A DNA stretch of 37,727 nt from Candidatus Methylomirabilia bacterium. Its GTDB lineage: Bacteria; Methylomirabilota; Methylomirabilia; Rokubacteriales; CSP1-6. The notes beneath the pieces were generated by a model. It was not told the DNA's origin, made no database searches, and was given only the letters and a program-made list of their open reading frames with translations. The stretch is taken from the NCBI GenBank assembly GCA_041497895.1, contig JBGQHJ010000031.1:1-37727 (forward strand). The letters are read 5' to 3'. A program made the position numbers and the translations under genes. Positions within the stretch are counted from its first letter, which is position 1, and each line of letters begins with the position of its first letter. This document shows positions 1 to 8,993 of this stretch, piece by piece.

Positions 1-745
<745 letters not shown>

Positions 746-1810
746 TCAGCCGCGGAAGTGCGGCATGACCTCGCGGGCGAAGAGCTCCATCGAGCGGCGG
801 ATCTTGTCCTGGGGCAGCCCGCCGAAGTTCATCCAGCAGAGCACGTGGCCGATGCCCATGTCGCGCATGGTCTGGATGTGGCGGGCCACCGTGTCGGGCG
901 AGCCGAACGCCACCGTCTCGGCCACCAGGCCCTCCCAGGTCACCTTCTTGAAGCGCTCGGCGGCGGCCCGGAACCCGGGCTGGAGGCTCGGGTGCGCGTC
1001 CTCGATGCGCTCGGGCACCTGGAAGCGGCGCAGCGAGTCCTGGTACCACATCTCGGCGTCCTTGGCCTCCGCGAGGGCCTGGGCGTCGGTGGGGGCGACG
1101 TAGATCTGGCGCGACACGCCCCAGTCCTTCATGAGCGCGGCGATCTCGGGCTCGGTGCGGCCGTGCTTGCGGAGCGCGGTGAGGTAGCTGTCGCGGCGCT
1201 TGATCAGCTGGTCGACCGGGCCGGTGAGGATGGAGTTGAGCATGGGCCAGCCGCGCGCGGCGGAGCTCTCGATGCCGTCGTCGCTGCCGCACACCTGGTA
1301 GATCGGCGGGTGCGGCCGCTGCCACGGCTTCGGGATGACGCGCGCCTCCCCGATCGTGAAGAAGCGCCCGTCGTGCGAGAACCGCTCCCGGGTCCAGGCC
1401 TTCAGGAGGACGTCGACCACCTCGTCGAAGCGCTCGCGGTTCTCCTGCTGGGGCACGTGGTAGCCCCGGAACTCGGCCGGGCGATTGCCGCGCCCCACCC
1501 CCACGTCGAGCCGGCCCTTCGAGATGATGTCGATGAGCGCCATCTGCTCGGCGAGCCGGAGCGGGTGATGAAAGGGCAGGATGGCGGCGGCCAGCCCGAT
1601 GCGGACCCGGCGGGTGCGCGCGGCGGCGGTGGCGGCGAGGCTCGCCGGGTCCACCGCGAGGCCGTAGTCGATGAAGTGGTGCTCGGTCAGCCAGATCTCG
1701 TCGAAGCCCAGCTCCTCCGTCCACTCCATCTGCTCGAGCTCGCGGTGGACGACCTCGGCGTGGGTGAGCCCGGGCGCGGCCTGGAAGAAGAAGAAGGTCC
1801 CGAATCGCAT
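746..1810 (-). CDS. LLM-class (luciferase-like) flavin-dependent oxidoreductase
   Basis: MRFGTFFFFQ..., GFDEIWLTEHHF, HPLRLAEQMALIDIISKGRLDVGVGRG, SMELFAREVMPHF. Start moved to ATG 1810. Confidence 0.9.
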   Translation of the reverse strand: MRFGTFFFFQAAPGLTHAEVVHRELEQMEWTEELGFDEIWLTEHHFIDYGLAVDPASLAATAAARTRRVRIGLAAAILPFHHPLRLAEQMALIDIISKGRLDVGVGRGNRPAEFRGYHVPQQENRERFDEVVDVLLKAWTRERFSHDGRFFTIGEARVIPKPWQRPHPPIYQVCGSDDGIESSAARGWPMLNSILTGPVDQLIKRRDSYLTALRKHGRTEPEIAALMKDWGVSRQIYVAPTDAQALAEAKDAEMWYQDSLRRFQVPERIEDAHPSLQPGFRAAAERFKKVTWEGLVAETVAFGSPDTVARHIQTMRDMGIGHVLCWMNFGGLPQDKIRRSMELFAREVMPHFRG

Positions 1811-1819
1811 GGTCCCGAG

Positions 1820-1861
1820 ATTATAGCGCTCCTTGACACCTTCGCGGGGCCCGAGCAGTAT
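1820..1861. promoter_or_regulatory. Divergent sigma70-type promoters
   Basis: Minus strand: TATAAT (1820-1825) 9 nt before ATG 1810. Plus strand: TTGACA (1833-1838)-17 nt-CAGTAT upstream of 1894. Confidence 0.6.
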
Positions 1862-1866
1862 GCGGG

Positions 1867-1890
1867 CCGGAGGACATCCCCGGAGGACAT
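1867..1890 (+). repeat. Perfect 12-bp tandem duplication containing the RBS
   Basis: CCGGAGGACATC x2 immediately before caATG 1894. Confidence 0.85.
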
Positions 1891-1893
1891 CCA

Positions 1894-2634
1894 ATGGAGA
1901 CACGCGTCGACGAGATCGCCGAGCGCATCTACCGCCTCTCGACCTTCCTGCCCGCGGTGGGTCCGAAGGGATTCACCTTCAACCAGTTCCTGGTCGACGC
2001 GGACGAGCCCCTGCTCTTCCACTGCGGCCAGCGCGCCCTCTTCCCGGCCGTCTCGCGCGCGGCGGCGCGCGTCATGGACCTGCGCCGGCTGCGCTGGATC
2101 ACCTTCAGTCACGTCGAGTCCGACGAGTGCGGGGCCCTCGCGGAATGGCTCGACGCCGCGCCGTCGGCCACCGTCGCCCACGGGGCCATCGGCTGCGCGA
2201 TCTGGCTCAACGATCAGTCGCCGAGGCCCCCGCGCGCGCTCGCCAACGACGAGGTCCTCGACCTGGGCGGCCGCCGCGTGCGCCGCCTCGACACCCCGCA
2301 CGTGCCGCACTGCTGGGACGCGGGCCTGCTGTACGAGGAGACCACCGGCACGCTGTTCACCAGCGATCTCTTCACCCACGTGGGCGACCCCGCGGCGGTG
2401 ACCGGCGGCGACATCATGGGGCCCGCGACCGCGGCCGAGCAGCAGTTCGGCTTCACCGGCGTCACCCCGGCGACCGGCGCCACCATCCGGCGGCTGGCCG
2501 GGCTGGCGCCACGCACCCTCGCGGTGATGCACGGCTCGTCGTTCTCCGGCGCGGCGGCGCCGCTACTCGAGTCGCTGGCCGGCTTCTACGACGAGCTGCT
2601 GCAGAAGGGCGCGGCCGCCGCCGGCCGCGGCTAG
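1894..2634 (+). CDS. Metallo-beta-lactamase-fold protein, flavodiiron/ODP-like stand-alone domain
   Basis: SHVESDECG (HxExD), TPHVPH, TSDLFTH, MHG. No flavodoxin domain. Confidence 0.8.
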   Translation: METRVDEIAERIYRLSTFLPAVGPKGFTFNQFLVDADEPLLFHCGQRALFPAVSRAAARVMDLRRLRWITFSHVESDECGALAEWLDAAPSATVAHGAIGCAIWLNDQSPRPPRALANDEVLDLGGRRVRRLDTPHVPHCWDAGLLYEETTGTLFTSDLFTHVGDPAAVTGGDIMGPATAAEQQFGFTGVTPATGATIRRLAGLAPRTLAVMHGSSFSGAAAPLLESLAGFYDELLQKGAAAAGRG

Positions 2635-2667
2635 CCTCCCGCGGGCCCGGCCGCGCCCCCTCGACCG

Positions 2668-4074
2668 ATGCGCCGGCTCGCGCTGGCCCTCCTGCTCCTC
2701 GTGGCCGCCGGGATGGTGGCGGCCGGACTCGTGTACCGCCCCGGCACGGCGGCGCGGGTGGCCACCGGCCTGGTGAGCCACACCCTCTGCTCGGAGACCT
2801 TCGTCGCCGGGCTCGACCCCGAGCAGACCTTCGCCGAGACCGTGCGCACGATGCCGGGAATCCGCCGGCTCGCGCCCTGGCTGCGCTACGAGGTCGACCG
2901 GACGAAGCGCGAGGTCCGGACCACGCTCGGCGGGCACTTCGAGAGGCGGGCGGCCTACCACGAGGGAATGGGCTGCTCGCTCGTCTACCCGGGCTCGGTC
3001 GACACGGTGACGCCCCCCGCCCCGCCAACCACCACGTACGCGCGTAGCCTCGACGCCGACATCGCGGGGCCGATGGTCATCGAACCCGCGAGCGGGCCGC
3101 TGCGGGCCGCGCTCGACCGCGCGTTCGCCGAGCCCGCGGGCGGGCCGCCGCGCGGGACCAAGGCGGTCGTGGTGGTGCACGACGGCCGGGTCGTCGCCGA
3201 GCGCTACGCGCCGGGCTACGGCACCGACACGCCGATGCTCTCGTGGTCCATGAACAAGTCGGTGGTGAACGCGCTCATCGGCGTGCTCGTCCGGCAGGGG
3301 CGGCTCGCGGTCGGCGCCCCCGCCCCGGTGTCGGCCTGGCGCGATCCGGCCGATCCGCGCCGGGCGATCACCGTCGAGCACCTGATGCGCATGACGAGCG
3401 GGCTCGCGCTCGACGAGGCCAACAGCGGCTTCGACCCCTCGTCGCGCATGATCTACACCGAGCCGGACATGGCGGGATTCGCGGTGGCCGCCGCGCTCAC
3501 CGCACCGCCCGGCACGCGCTACCACTACAGCAGCCCGAGCACCCTGATCCTCTCGCGGATCATTCGAGACGCGGTCGGGGGCCGGGCGGAGGACGTGATC
3601 CGCTTCGCGGAGCGCGAGCTGTTCACCCCGCTCGGCATGCGCGGGGTGACGCTCGAGTTCGACGCGACCGGCACCCAGGTCGGCTCCACCTACATGTACG
3701 CGACCGCGCGGGACTGGGCGCGCTTCGGCCTGCTCTACGCCAGCGACGGAGTCGTCAACGGGCGGCGCATCCTGCCCGAGGGCTGGGTCGACTACTCCGC
3801 GTCGCCCACCGCCGGCTCGCGGGACGGCTACGGCGCCGGCTTCTTCACCGACCGCGGCGACAGCGAGTTCGGCCAGCGGCGGGTGCGGGGCGGCATGCCC
3901 CTCGACTCCTTCTTCGCCTCCGGCACCCAGGGCCAGCGCATCGTCATCGCTCCCGCCCACCGGCTCGTGGTCGTCCGGCTGGGGCGCTCGCAGGACTGGG
4001 AGACCTTCGACATCCGCGGCCTGATCCGCCTGGTCGCCGACGTCGACGCGGCCCTCTCGGGCCCGGCCCGCTAG
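2668..4074 (+). CDS. Exported serine hydrolase, beta-lactamase class C / NylB-like family
   Basis: N-terminal signal/anchor, SWSMNKS (SxxK), HLMRMTSGL, YHYSS, LFTPLGM, SGTQGQ. Confidence 0.85.
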   Translation: MRRLALALLLLVAAGMVAAGLVYRPGTAARVATGLVSHTLCSETFVAGLDPEQTFAETVRTMPGIRRLAPWLRYEVDRTKREVRTTLGGHFERRAAYHEGMGCSLVYPGSVDTVTPPAPPTTTYARSLDADIAGPMVIEPASGPLRAALDRAFAEPAGGPPRGTKAVVVVHDGRVVAERYAPGYGTDTPMLSWSMNKSVVNALIGVLVRQGRLAVGAPAPVSAWRDPADPRRAITVEHLMRMTSGLALDEANSGFDPSSRMIYTEPDMAGFAVAAALTAPPGTRYHYSSPSTLILSRIIRDAVGGRAEDVIRFAERELFTPLGMRGVTLEFDATGTQVGSTYMYATARDWARFGLLYASDGVVNGRRILPEGWVDYSASPTAGSRDGYGAGFFTDRGDSEFGQRRVRGGMPLDSFFASGTQGQRIVIAPAHRLVVVRLGRSQDWETFDIRGLIRLVADVDAALSGPAR

Positions 4075-5696
4075 CCCGCCGCCGGGCGGGCTCGCCACCA
4101 GCGCGCCACTTCCTGGCTCAGCAGCTGGAAGGCATTGGTCGAGGTCCAGTAGAGGACCATGCCGGCGGGAAACGTGTAGAAGAGGAGGAAGAACAGCAGG
4201 GTCATGCCCGCGAGGTTCCGGCGCTGCCGGCGGACGAGCGCCGGGGTCAGCACCGGCGAGCGGAAGCGGAGCAGCGTGGCGAGCGAGACGCCGCTCATCA
4301 GGAACGGCAGCAGGTTGAGCTCGCAGCCGAAGAAGGGCACGCACGCCGGCAGCGCCGCGACCGCGTCCGGACGCGACAGGTCGCGGATCCAGAGAAACGG
4401 CACCCGGTAGAGATCGACGTCCTCCGCGAGCATGTCGAAGACCGCGATGAACACCGGGATCTGGATCAAGAAGCCGGCCAGGCTCTGGAGCGTGTAGAGC
4501 GGGTGGACGCCCAGCTCGCGATAGAGCGCGAGCGTGCGCCGCGTCCGCTCCTCGCCCCGGTGGGCCGCGTTGATCGCGTCGAGCCCGGGCTGCAGCCGCG
4601 CCTGGGTCGCGTTGACCTGCTCCTGCAGGCGCTCGGCGAACGCGGCCAGCGGCAGCAGCAGCACCTTGACCGACACCGCGAGGGCGATGACCGCGACCCC
4701 GGGATGGCCGAGCCACGCGGTCCACCCCTGGAGCAGACGGAGGAGACCGAGCGCGAGGGCGCGCAGCCACCACCAGAGGCCCGAGAGGAGCAGGCGCTCG
4801 AGCTCGGGATCCGCGCGCCCCAGCGCCCGGCGCTCCACCGGACCCGCGTAGATCGTGTAGCGCCACTCGGTCGGCGTGGGCCCGGGTACGGAGGGCACCA
4901 CCAGCGCCACGCCGGGCCCCGGGCGCGGCTCGACCGCGGCCTCGGTCCCGTCGGGGCGCGCGAGCATCGCCCAGAACCGACCGCGCACCCCCGCCCATTC
5001 CCCGGCGCGGAGCGTCGCGCCGGGGCCGGGCGGCTCGGCCACCGCGTGGACCGCGCCGCCCGCGACGGTGACGCGCCCGACGCGCTCGAGCATCGCCGCG
5101 AACCCGGCGGCCGGGGTCGGGAGGAGCTCGCGTCCCGGCGCCACCTCGAGCGCGGGGCGGGCCGTCGCGGCGAAGGCGGCCGCGCCGGGCCCGACCAGCC
5201 TCACCGTGAGCGCCGTCTCGTAGCCGTCCCGCGAGAGGGCGAACGACTCCTCCAGCCGGACGCCGTCGACCGGGAGATCGGCGCGGAGCGTCACCCGGGA
5301 AACCGGGCCCTCCTCGGCCAGGTCGGCGGTGAAGCGGAGCTGATCCAGGTCGATCGGCCCGCCGGGGCCGTGCAAGACCAGGCGCGGCTGCGGGGCGTCG
5401 CCGTCACCGGTGAAGCGGATCGACGTTCCGGACGCCGCATCGGCCCGGAGACACGAGGGGCGGCAGGACCGCCAGGTCACCGGCCGGGCTCCGTCGAGCG
5501 CGAGCACGACCTCGAGGCGCTCGGTGGCGACCCGCACGCGCCCGCCCACCTCGTCGGCCGAGACCCCGGGCGCGGGCGCTCCCGCGAGCAGCCCGACCAC
5601 GAGTAGAAGCCGGAGTAGAAACCGGAGTAGAAACCGGAGCAAAAACCGGGGTAGAAGCGGGAGCAGGAGCGGACGCCATCCGCGTCGCCCGGCCAT
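4071..5696 (-). CDS. yidC: YidC/Oxa1 family membrane protein insertase (paralog outside the rpmH-rnpA context)
   Basis: N-terminal hydrophobic segment and large periplasmic domain, then GVAVIALAVSVKVLLLPL, LYRELGVHP, LIQIPVFIAVF, FLWIRDLSRPD, FPAGMVLYWTSTN. Confidence 0.88.
   Translation of the reverse strand: MAGRRGWRPLLLPLLPRFLLRFLLRFLLRLLLVVGLLAGAPAPGVSADEVGGRVRVATERLEVVLALDGARPVTWRSCRPSCLRADAASGTSIRFTGDGDAPQPRLVLHGPGGPIDLDQLRFTADLAEEGPVSRVTLRADLPVDGVRLEESFALSRDGYETALTVRLVGPGAAAFAATARPALEVAPGRELLPTPAAGFAAMLERVGRVTVAGGAVHAVAEPPGPGATLRAGEWAGVRGRFWAMLARPDGTEAAVEPRPGPGVALVVPSVPGPTPTEWRYTIYAGPVERRALGRADPELERLLLSGLWWWLRALALGLLRLLQGWTAWLGHPGVAVIALAVSVKVLLLPLAAFAERLQEQVNATQARLQPGLDAINAAHRGEERTRRTLALYRELGVHPLYTLQSLAGFLIQIPVFIAVFDMLAEDVDLYRVPFLWIRDLSRPDAVAALPACVPFFGCELNLLPFLMSGVSLATLLRFRSPVLTPALVRRQRRNLAGMTLLFFLLFYTFPAGMVLYWTSTNAFQLLSQEVARWWRARPAAG
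5601..5672 (-). repeat. In-frame 12-bp tandem repeat (6 units) in the yidC 5' end
   Basis: Plus-strand units gagtagaagccg, gagtagaaaccg, gagtagaaaccg, gagcaaaaaccg, gggtagaagcgg, gagcaggagcgg encode PLLL-PLLP-RFLL-RFLL-RFLL-RLLL. Confidence 0.9.
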
Positions 5697-7492
5697 CAGC
5701 GGTAGAATCGGCCCATCTCATTCTGCGCGCTCAGGAGGGCGTCGCGCGGCGGCGTGGCGCGCGGGATCAGGCGGTAGTCGCGGCCGCGGATCTCGTAGGA
5801 GGCCGGGTAGACGATGGTCACCCGGTCGGGCTCGAGGAGGGCGAACTCGGTGTAGCTCGCCGCGACGAGCCAGCTCCATGGGGCGTCGGTGTAGAGGTCG
5901 TGGCCGCTCGAGTAGTCGGACGGCGGGTTCGTGCACCCGAAGAGTCCGGAGAGGAACGTCGGCGCCACGTCGTTGTGCGACGTGCGGCGCTCGATGAGCC
6001 CGACGGGCCGGCCGGGCCAGCGCAGCACCAGCGGAGTGTGCATCTGGTAGTCGCTGTAGGACGTACCGTGGCCCGAGAAGCCGAGCCCGTTCTCGTCGAA
6101 CTCCATGCCGTGATCGGACGTGACGAGCACGATCAGGTCGTCGAGCAGCTTGCGGCGGCGCAGGTCGTCGAGCACCTGCCCGACCAGGCCGTCCACGAAG
6201 TGCACCGCGCTCAGGTAGCGCGCGGCCAGGCGCTGGAGATGGGTCGACTGCGCCGGCGGCTGGAACATGTGCGGATAATCGTCGGGTGGCTCGCTCGCCA
6301 CCACCGCGTTGTAGTAGAGGAACCCGAGGAAGGGGCGCGAGGGATCCCGCTGGTCGAGCCACCGATACCACTCCTCGGTCAGGGTGCGGTCCCGGCCGCT
6401 CGAGCCCGGATAGGGCGAGCTCGTCTCGAGGCGCAGGTTCGGGATCCGGGCCAGGACCGTGCGATCGAGGCCGACGATCCGGTACACCGGCGAGCTCGCG
6501 AACACCCCGAGCTGGTAGTCGTGCTGTCGGAACAGGTCCATCATCACGGGGGGCCGGGCGAAGCCGGCGAACGCGTCCCAGTAGGTCGCGGGCACGCCGT
6601 AGAAGATGGAGAACATGCCGGCCCGCGAAGAGTTTCCTCCGCTGTAGTGAGAGGCGAAGCGGGTCGCCCCGCGGGCGAACTCGCTCATCCGCGGGGCGTA
6701 CTCGGGCGTGAGGACGTCCGCCCGCATGGCGTCGATGACGATGATGAGCACGTTGCGCATCGGCCGGGGCGGCGAGCAGGTCAAGGGGTGGAGCGGATAC
6801 TGGAGCTCCCCCGCGGGGGAGCGGCCGAGCGCGGCCACGACGCCGCGCTCGCGCGCGACGCTGCGATCGATGAGGCCCAGCCGTCCCTGGACCCGGGAGT
6901 CGCGCAGCGGGAAGTAGAGCGGGAGGTAGCGGGTGAACGAGGTCACCGCGACGTCGTAGCGGGCCTCGAACCACGCGTGCATGAGATTGCCGGCCGCGAA
7001 GCACAGGACGAGGCCGAGGGCCAGGTACCGGCCGACGGGCCGGGTGGGGGTCGTCTCGGTGCGGCGCCATACCGCGCGCGCGAGCATTCCCTCGATGGCC
7101 AGGCCGAGCCCGAAGTAGATCCCGAGGAAGAGCCACGTCTGCGGGGCCAGCAGGGTGGTGGTCAGGATGCCGAGGTGGTAGCGGTTCTCCGCGAAGACCA
7201 GGCTGTCGAGCATCAGGAAGCCGGCCACCGCGCTGGCCAGCGCCACCCCCAGCGGCACTACCACGCGCGGCCACGGGAGCAGCAGGATGAGCGGGACCAC
7301 CACCAGGAGGATCGGCAGGTAGGCGAGCACCGCGATGTGGCCGACGTAGCCGAGCGGCGCGTAGACCCAGGCCACCGTCGGGGAGAGCCGCATGTAGAGC
7401 CACAGGTAGCGCAGGCCGATGAGGCCGAGCAGGCCCGCGTGCGCCGCCGTGAACCAGTGCGCCCAGCGCAGCAGCCGGCGCCGCGAGGTCAT
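5696..7492 (-). CDS. YejM/PbgA-like (DUF3413) membrane protein with C-terminal sulfatase/alkaline-phosphatase-fold domain
   Basis: About 5 N-terminal TM helices (RRLLRWAHWF..., RYLPLYFPL), LQYPLHPL, IVIDAMRAD, HYSGGNSSRAGMFSIFYG, TSDHG, TSHNDVAPT, SDYSSGHDL. ATG 7492 overlaps the upstream TGA. Confidence 0.85.
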   Translation of the reverse strand: MTSRRRLLRWAHWFTAAHAGLLGLIGLRYLWLYMRLSPTVAWVYAPLGYVGHIAVLAYLPILLVVVPLILLLPWPRVVVPLGVALASAVAGFLMLDSLVFAENRYHLGILTTTLLAPQTWLFLGIYFGLGLAIEGMLARAVWRRTETTPTRPVGRYLALGLVLCFAAGNLMHAWFEARYDVAVTSFTRYLPLYFPLRDSRVQGRLGLIDRSVARERGVVAALGRSPAGELQYPLHPLTCSPPRPMRNVLIIVIDAMRADVLTPEYAPRMSEFARGATRFASHYSGGNSSRAGMFSIFYGVPATYWDAFAGFARPPVMMDLFRQHDYQLGVFASSPVYRIVGLDRTVLARIPNLRLETSSPYPGSSGRDRTLTEEWYRWLDQRDPSRPFLGFLYYNAVVASEPPDDYPHMFQPPAQSTHLQRLAARYLSAVHFVDGLVGQVLDDLRRRKLLDDLIVLVTSDHGMEFDENGLGFSGHGTSYSDYQMHTPLVLRWPGRPVGLIERRTSHNDVAPTFLSGLFGCTNPPSDYSSGHDLYTDAPWSWLVAASYTEFALLEPDRVTIVYPASYEIRGRDYRLIPRATPPRDALLSAQNEMGRFYR

Positions 7493-8649
7493 CGCGCGCG
7501 CCCGGCCGCGCCGCGGCCCCGCTGCTGCTCGGCGAGTCGCGCGATCTCGCGCGCGCCCGCCTCGACGCTCCGGCCGAAGTTGAAGGCCCACTCCTCCCGG
7601 AACGCGACGCTGCGCTTGCGAAAGCTCTCCGCGTCCCGCAGGAGGTCGGCCACGTAGCGGGGCGCGTCGGCCAGGCGGTCGAGCGGCAGGATCGTCCCGA
7701 GCTCGCGCCGGATGCGCATCTCCATCGGCTCGAGGCCGAGCAGGGCGTACTTCGGGTTCCGCACCCGGGGCGGGACGTCGACGAAGAGCACCGGCCGGCC
7801 CAGGCCGAGCGCGTACTCGATCGTCATCGCGGACCAGTCGCTGATCAGCAGGTCCGAGTCGAGCAGGGAGTCGCTCTCCTCCATGCGGTCCACGTGGCGG
7901 AAGCCGGGGTCCGCCCCGAACCGGGCGACCAGGCCCTCCACGAGCCGCGGAGCGAGCCGCGCGGTCTGGTAGTGTGGCCGCAGGACCACCCGGACTCCCG
8001 CCCCGAGCAGCGCCGCGATCAGGGGCTCACCGCAGACGTGCAGGGTCGATTCGGGGCCCCACGTCGGCGCGAGGAGCGCGGTGGGTGGGCCGACGAGCCT
8101 CGGCGCCCGCGCCGCCCCCGCGGCCACCAGCCGCTCGAGGCGCGGGTAGCCGTAGGCGAAGAGGTGCTTGGGCGGCAGGCTCGCGAGCGCCTCGCGCCGG
8201 CGGATCTCCGCGACGTGGTGCGGGCCCGCGCAGAGCAGGCTCTCGTAGTGATCGTAGGAGTTCTCGTGATCCACCATGTGGGTGCTGCCCATGCTGTGGA
8301 ACACGTAGCAGTAATGCACGGGGTGGAGCGAGCGCTTCAGCTGGAAGTTCTGCAGGTCGAGCATGGTCAGCACCATCACGTCGGCCTGGAGCGTCTGGAA
8401 GAGCCACGTGCAGAGCACGCCCGACCGGATGCGGAAGGCGTGGAGGCCGGGCGCGGCGGGGGGCAGCGGGACCGAGGGCTCGGAGGTGACGTGGCAGACG
8501 GTGCGGCCGAGCGGTCCGATCAGGACGTCGATGAGCGGCCGGAGATGATGCCAGTCCTGGTGGGTCTCGGAGTAGAAGACCAGGTTGCGGTCACGGGTCG
8601 GGAGCTTCTGGAAACGGCGGTAGCTGGTCCAGTCCTGCCAGATCCCCAC
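7489..8649 (-). CDS. CDP-glycerol glycerophosphotransferase (TagB/TagF-like, GT-B fold) family protein
   Basis: FHSMGSTH, YGYPRLE, LLAPTWG, LRPHYQ, LISDWSAMTIEYALGLGRPVLFVD. Confidence 0.8.
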   Translation of the reverse strand: MGIWQDWTSYRRFQKLPTRDRNLVFYSETHQDWHHLRPLIDVLIGPLGRTVCHVTSEPSVPLPPAAPGLHAFRIRSGVLCTWLFQTLQADVMVLTMLDLQNFQLKRSLHPVHYCYVFHSMGSTHMVDHENSYDHYESLLCAGPHHVAEIRRREALASLPPKHLFAYGYPRLERLVAAGAARAPRLVGPPTALLAPTWGPESTLHVCGEPLIAALLGAGVRVVLRPHYQTARLAPRLVEGLVARFGADPGFRHVDRMEESDSLLDSDLLISDWSAMTIEYALGLGRPVLFVDVPPRVRNPKYALLGLEPMEMRIRRELGTILPLDRLADAPRYVADLLRDAESFRKRSVAFREEWAFNFGRSVEAGAREIARLAEQQRGRGAAGRAR

Positions 8650-8661
8650 CGGCCGGACGGG

Positions 8662-8922
8662 CTACTCGTCCGCTGAGGGGGCGCCGTCCACCACTCCCGG
8701 CCGGGAGCCGCGCGCCTTGCCGCGAATCAGCCCGAGTAGCCGGTACCAGAACATCTTCACCGCGAGGCCGACCGCCGCCGCCACCCCGATCACCGCCGAG
8801 AGGAGCATGCTGCCGGTCCCCGGATCGAGGTAGGCCTCGGCGGGAGACGCGATGGCCAGGCAGCCCGTGAGCACGAGCGCGACGCGGGCGAGCGGGGAAA
8901 AAGCCGGCACACGAGTGATCAT
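8662..8922 (-). CDS. Small (86 aa) signal-peptide plus single-TM protein with YLDPGTGS motif
   Basis: MITRVPAFSPLARVALVLTGCLAIASPAEA|YLDPGTGSMLLSAVIGVAAAVGLAVKMFWYRLLGLIRGK.... This is the 3' part of the ORF listed as 8662..9492. Confidence 0.75.
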   Translation of the reverse strand: MITRVPAFSPLARVALVLTGCLAIASPAEAYLDPGTGSMLLSAVIGVAAAVGLAVKMFWYRLLGLIRGKARGSRPGVVDGAPSADE

Positions 8923-8993
8923 GAATATCCGGAGTAACACAATCGCCACCGGGAAGCAATAAATGGCGGACCGGACGCGCGCCGGAGCCCGCC

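Noticed and set aside
1894..4074. Beta-lactam resistance pair (MBL plus class C-like)
   Set aside because: The MBL has the diiron HxExD motif and no signal peptide. The serine hydrolase has YSS and SGT rather than YxN and KTG, typical of esterase/amidase relatives.
5601..5672. CRISPR-like array
   Set aside because: Contiguous 12-bp units with no spacers, in frame inside a gene, and no cas genes.
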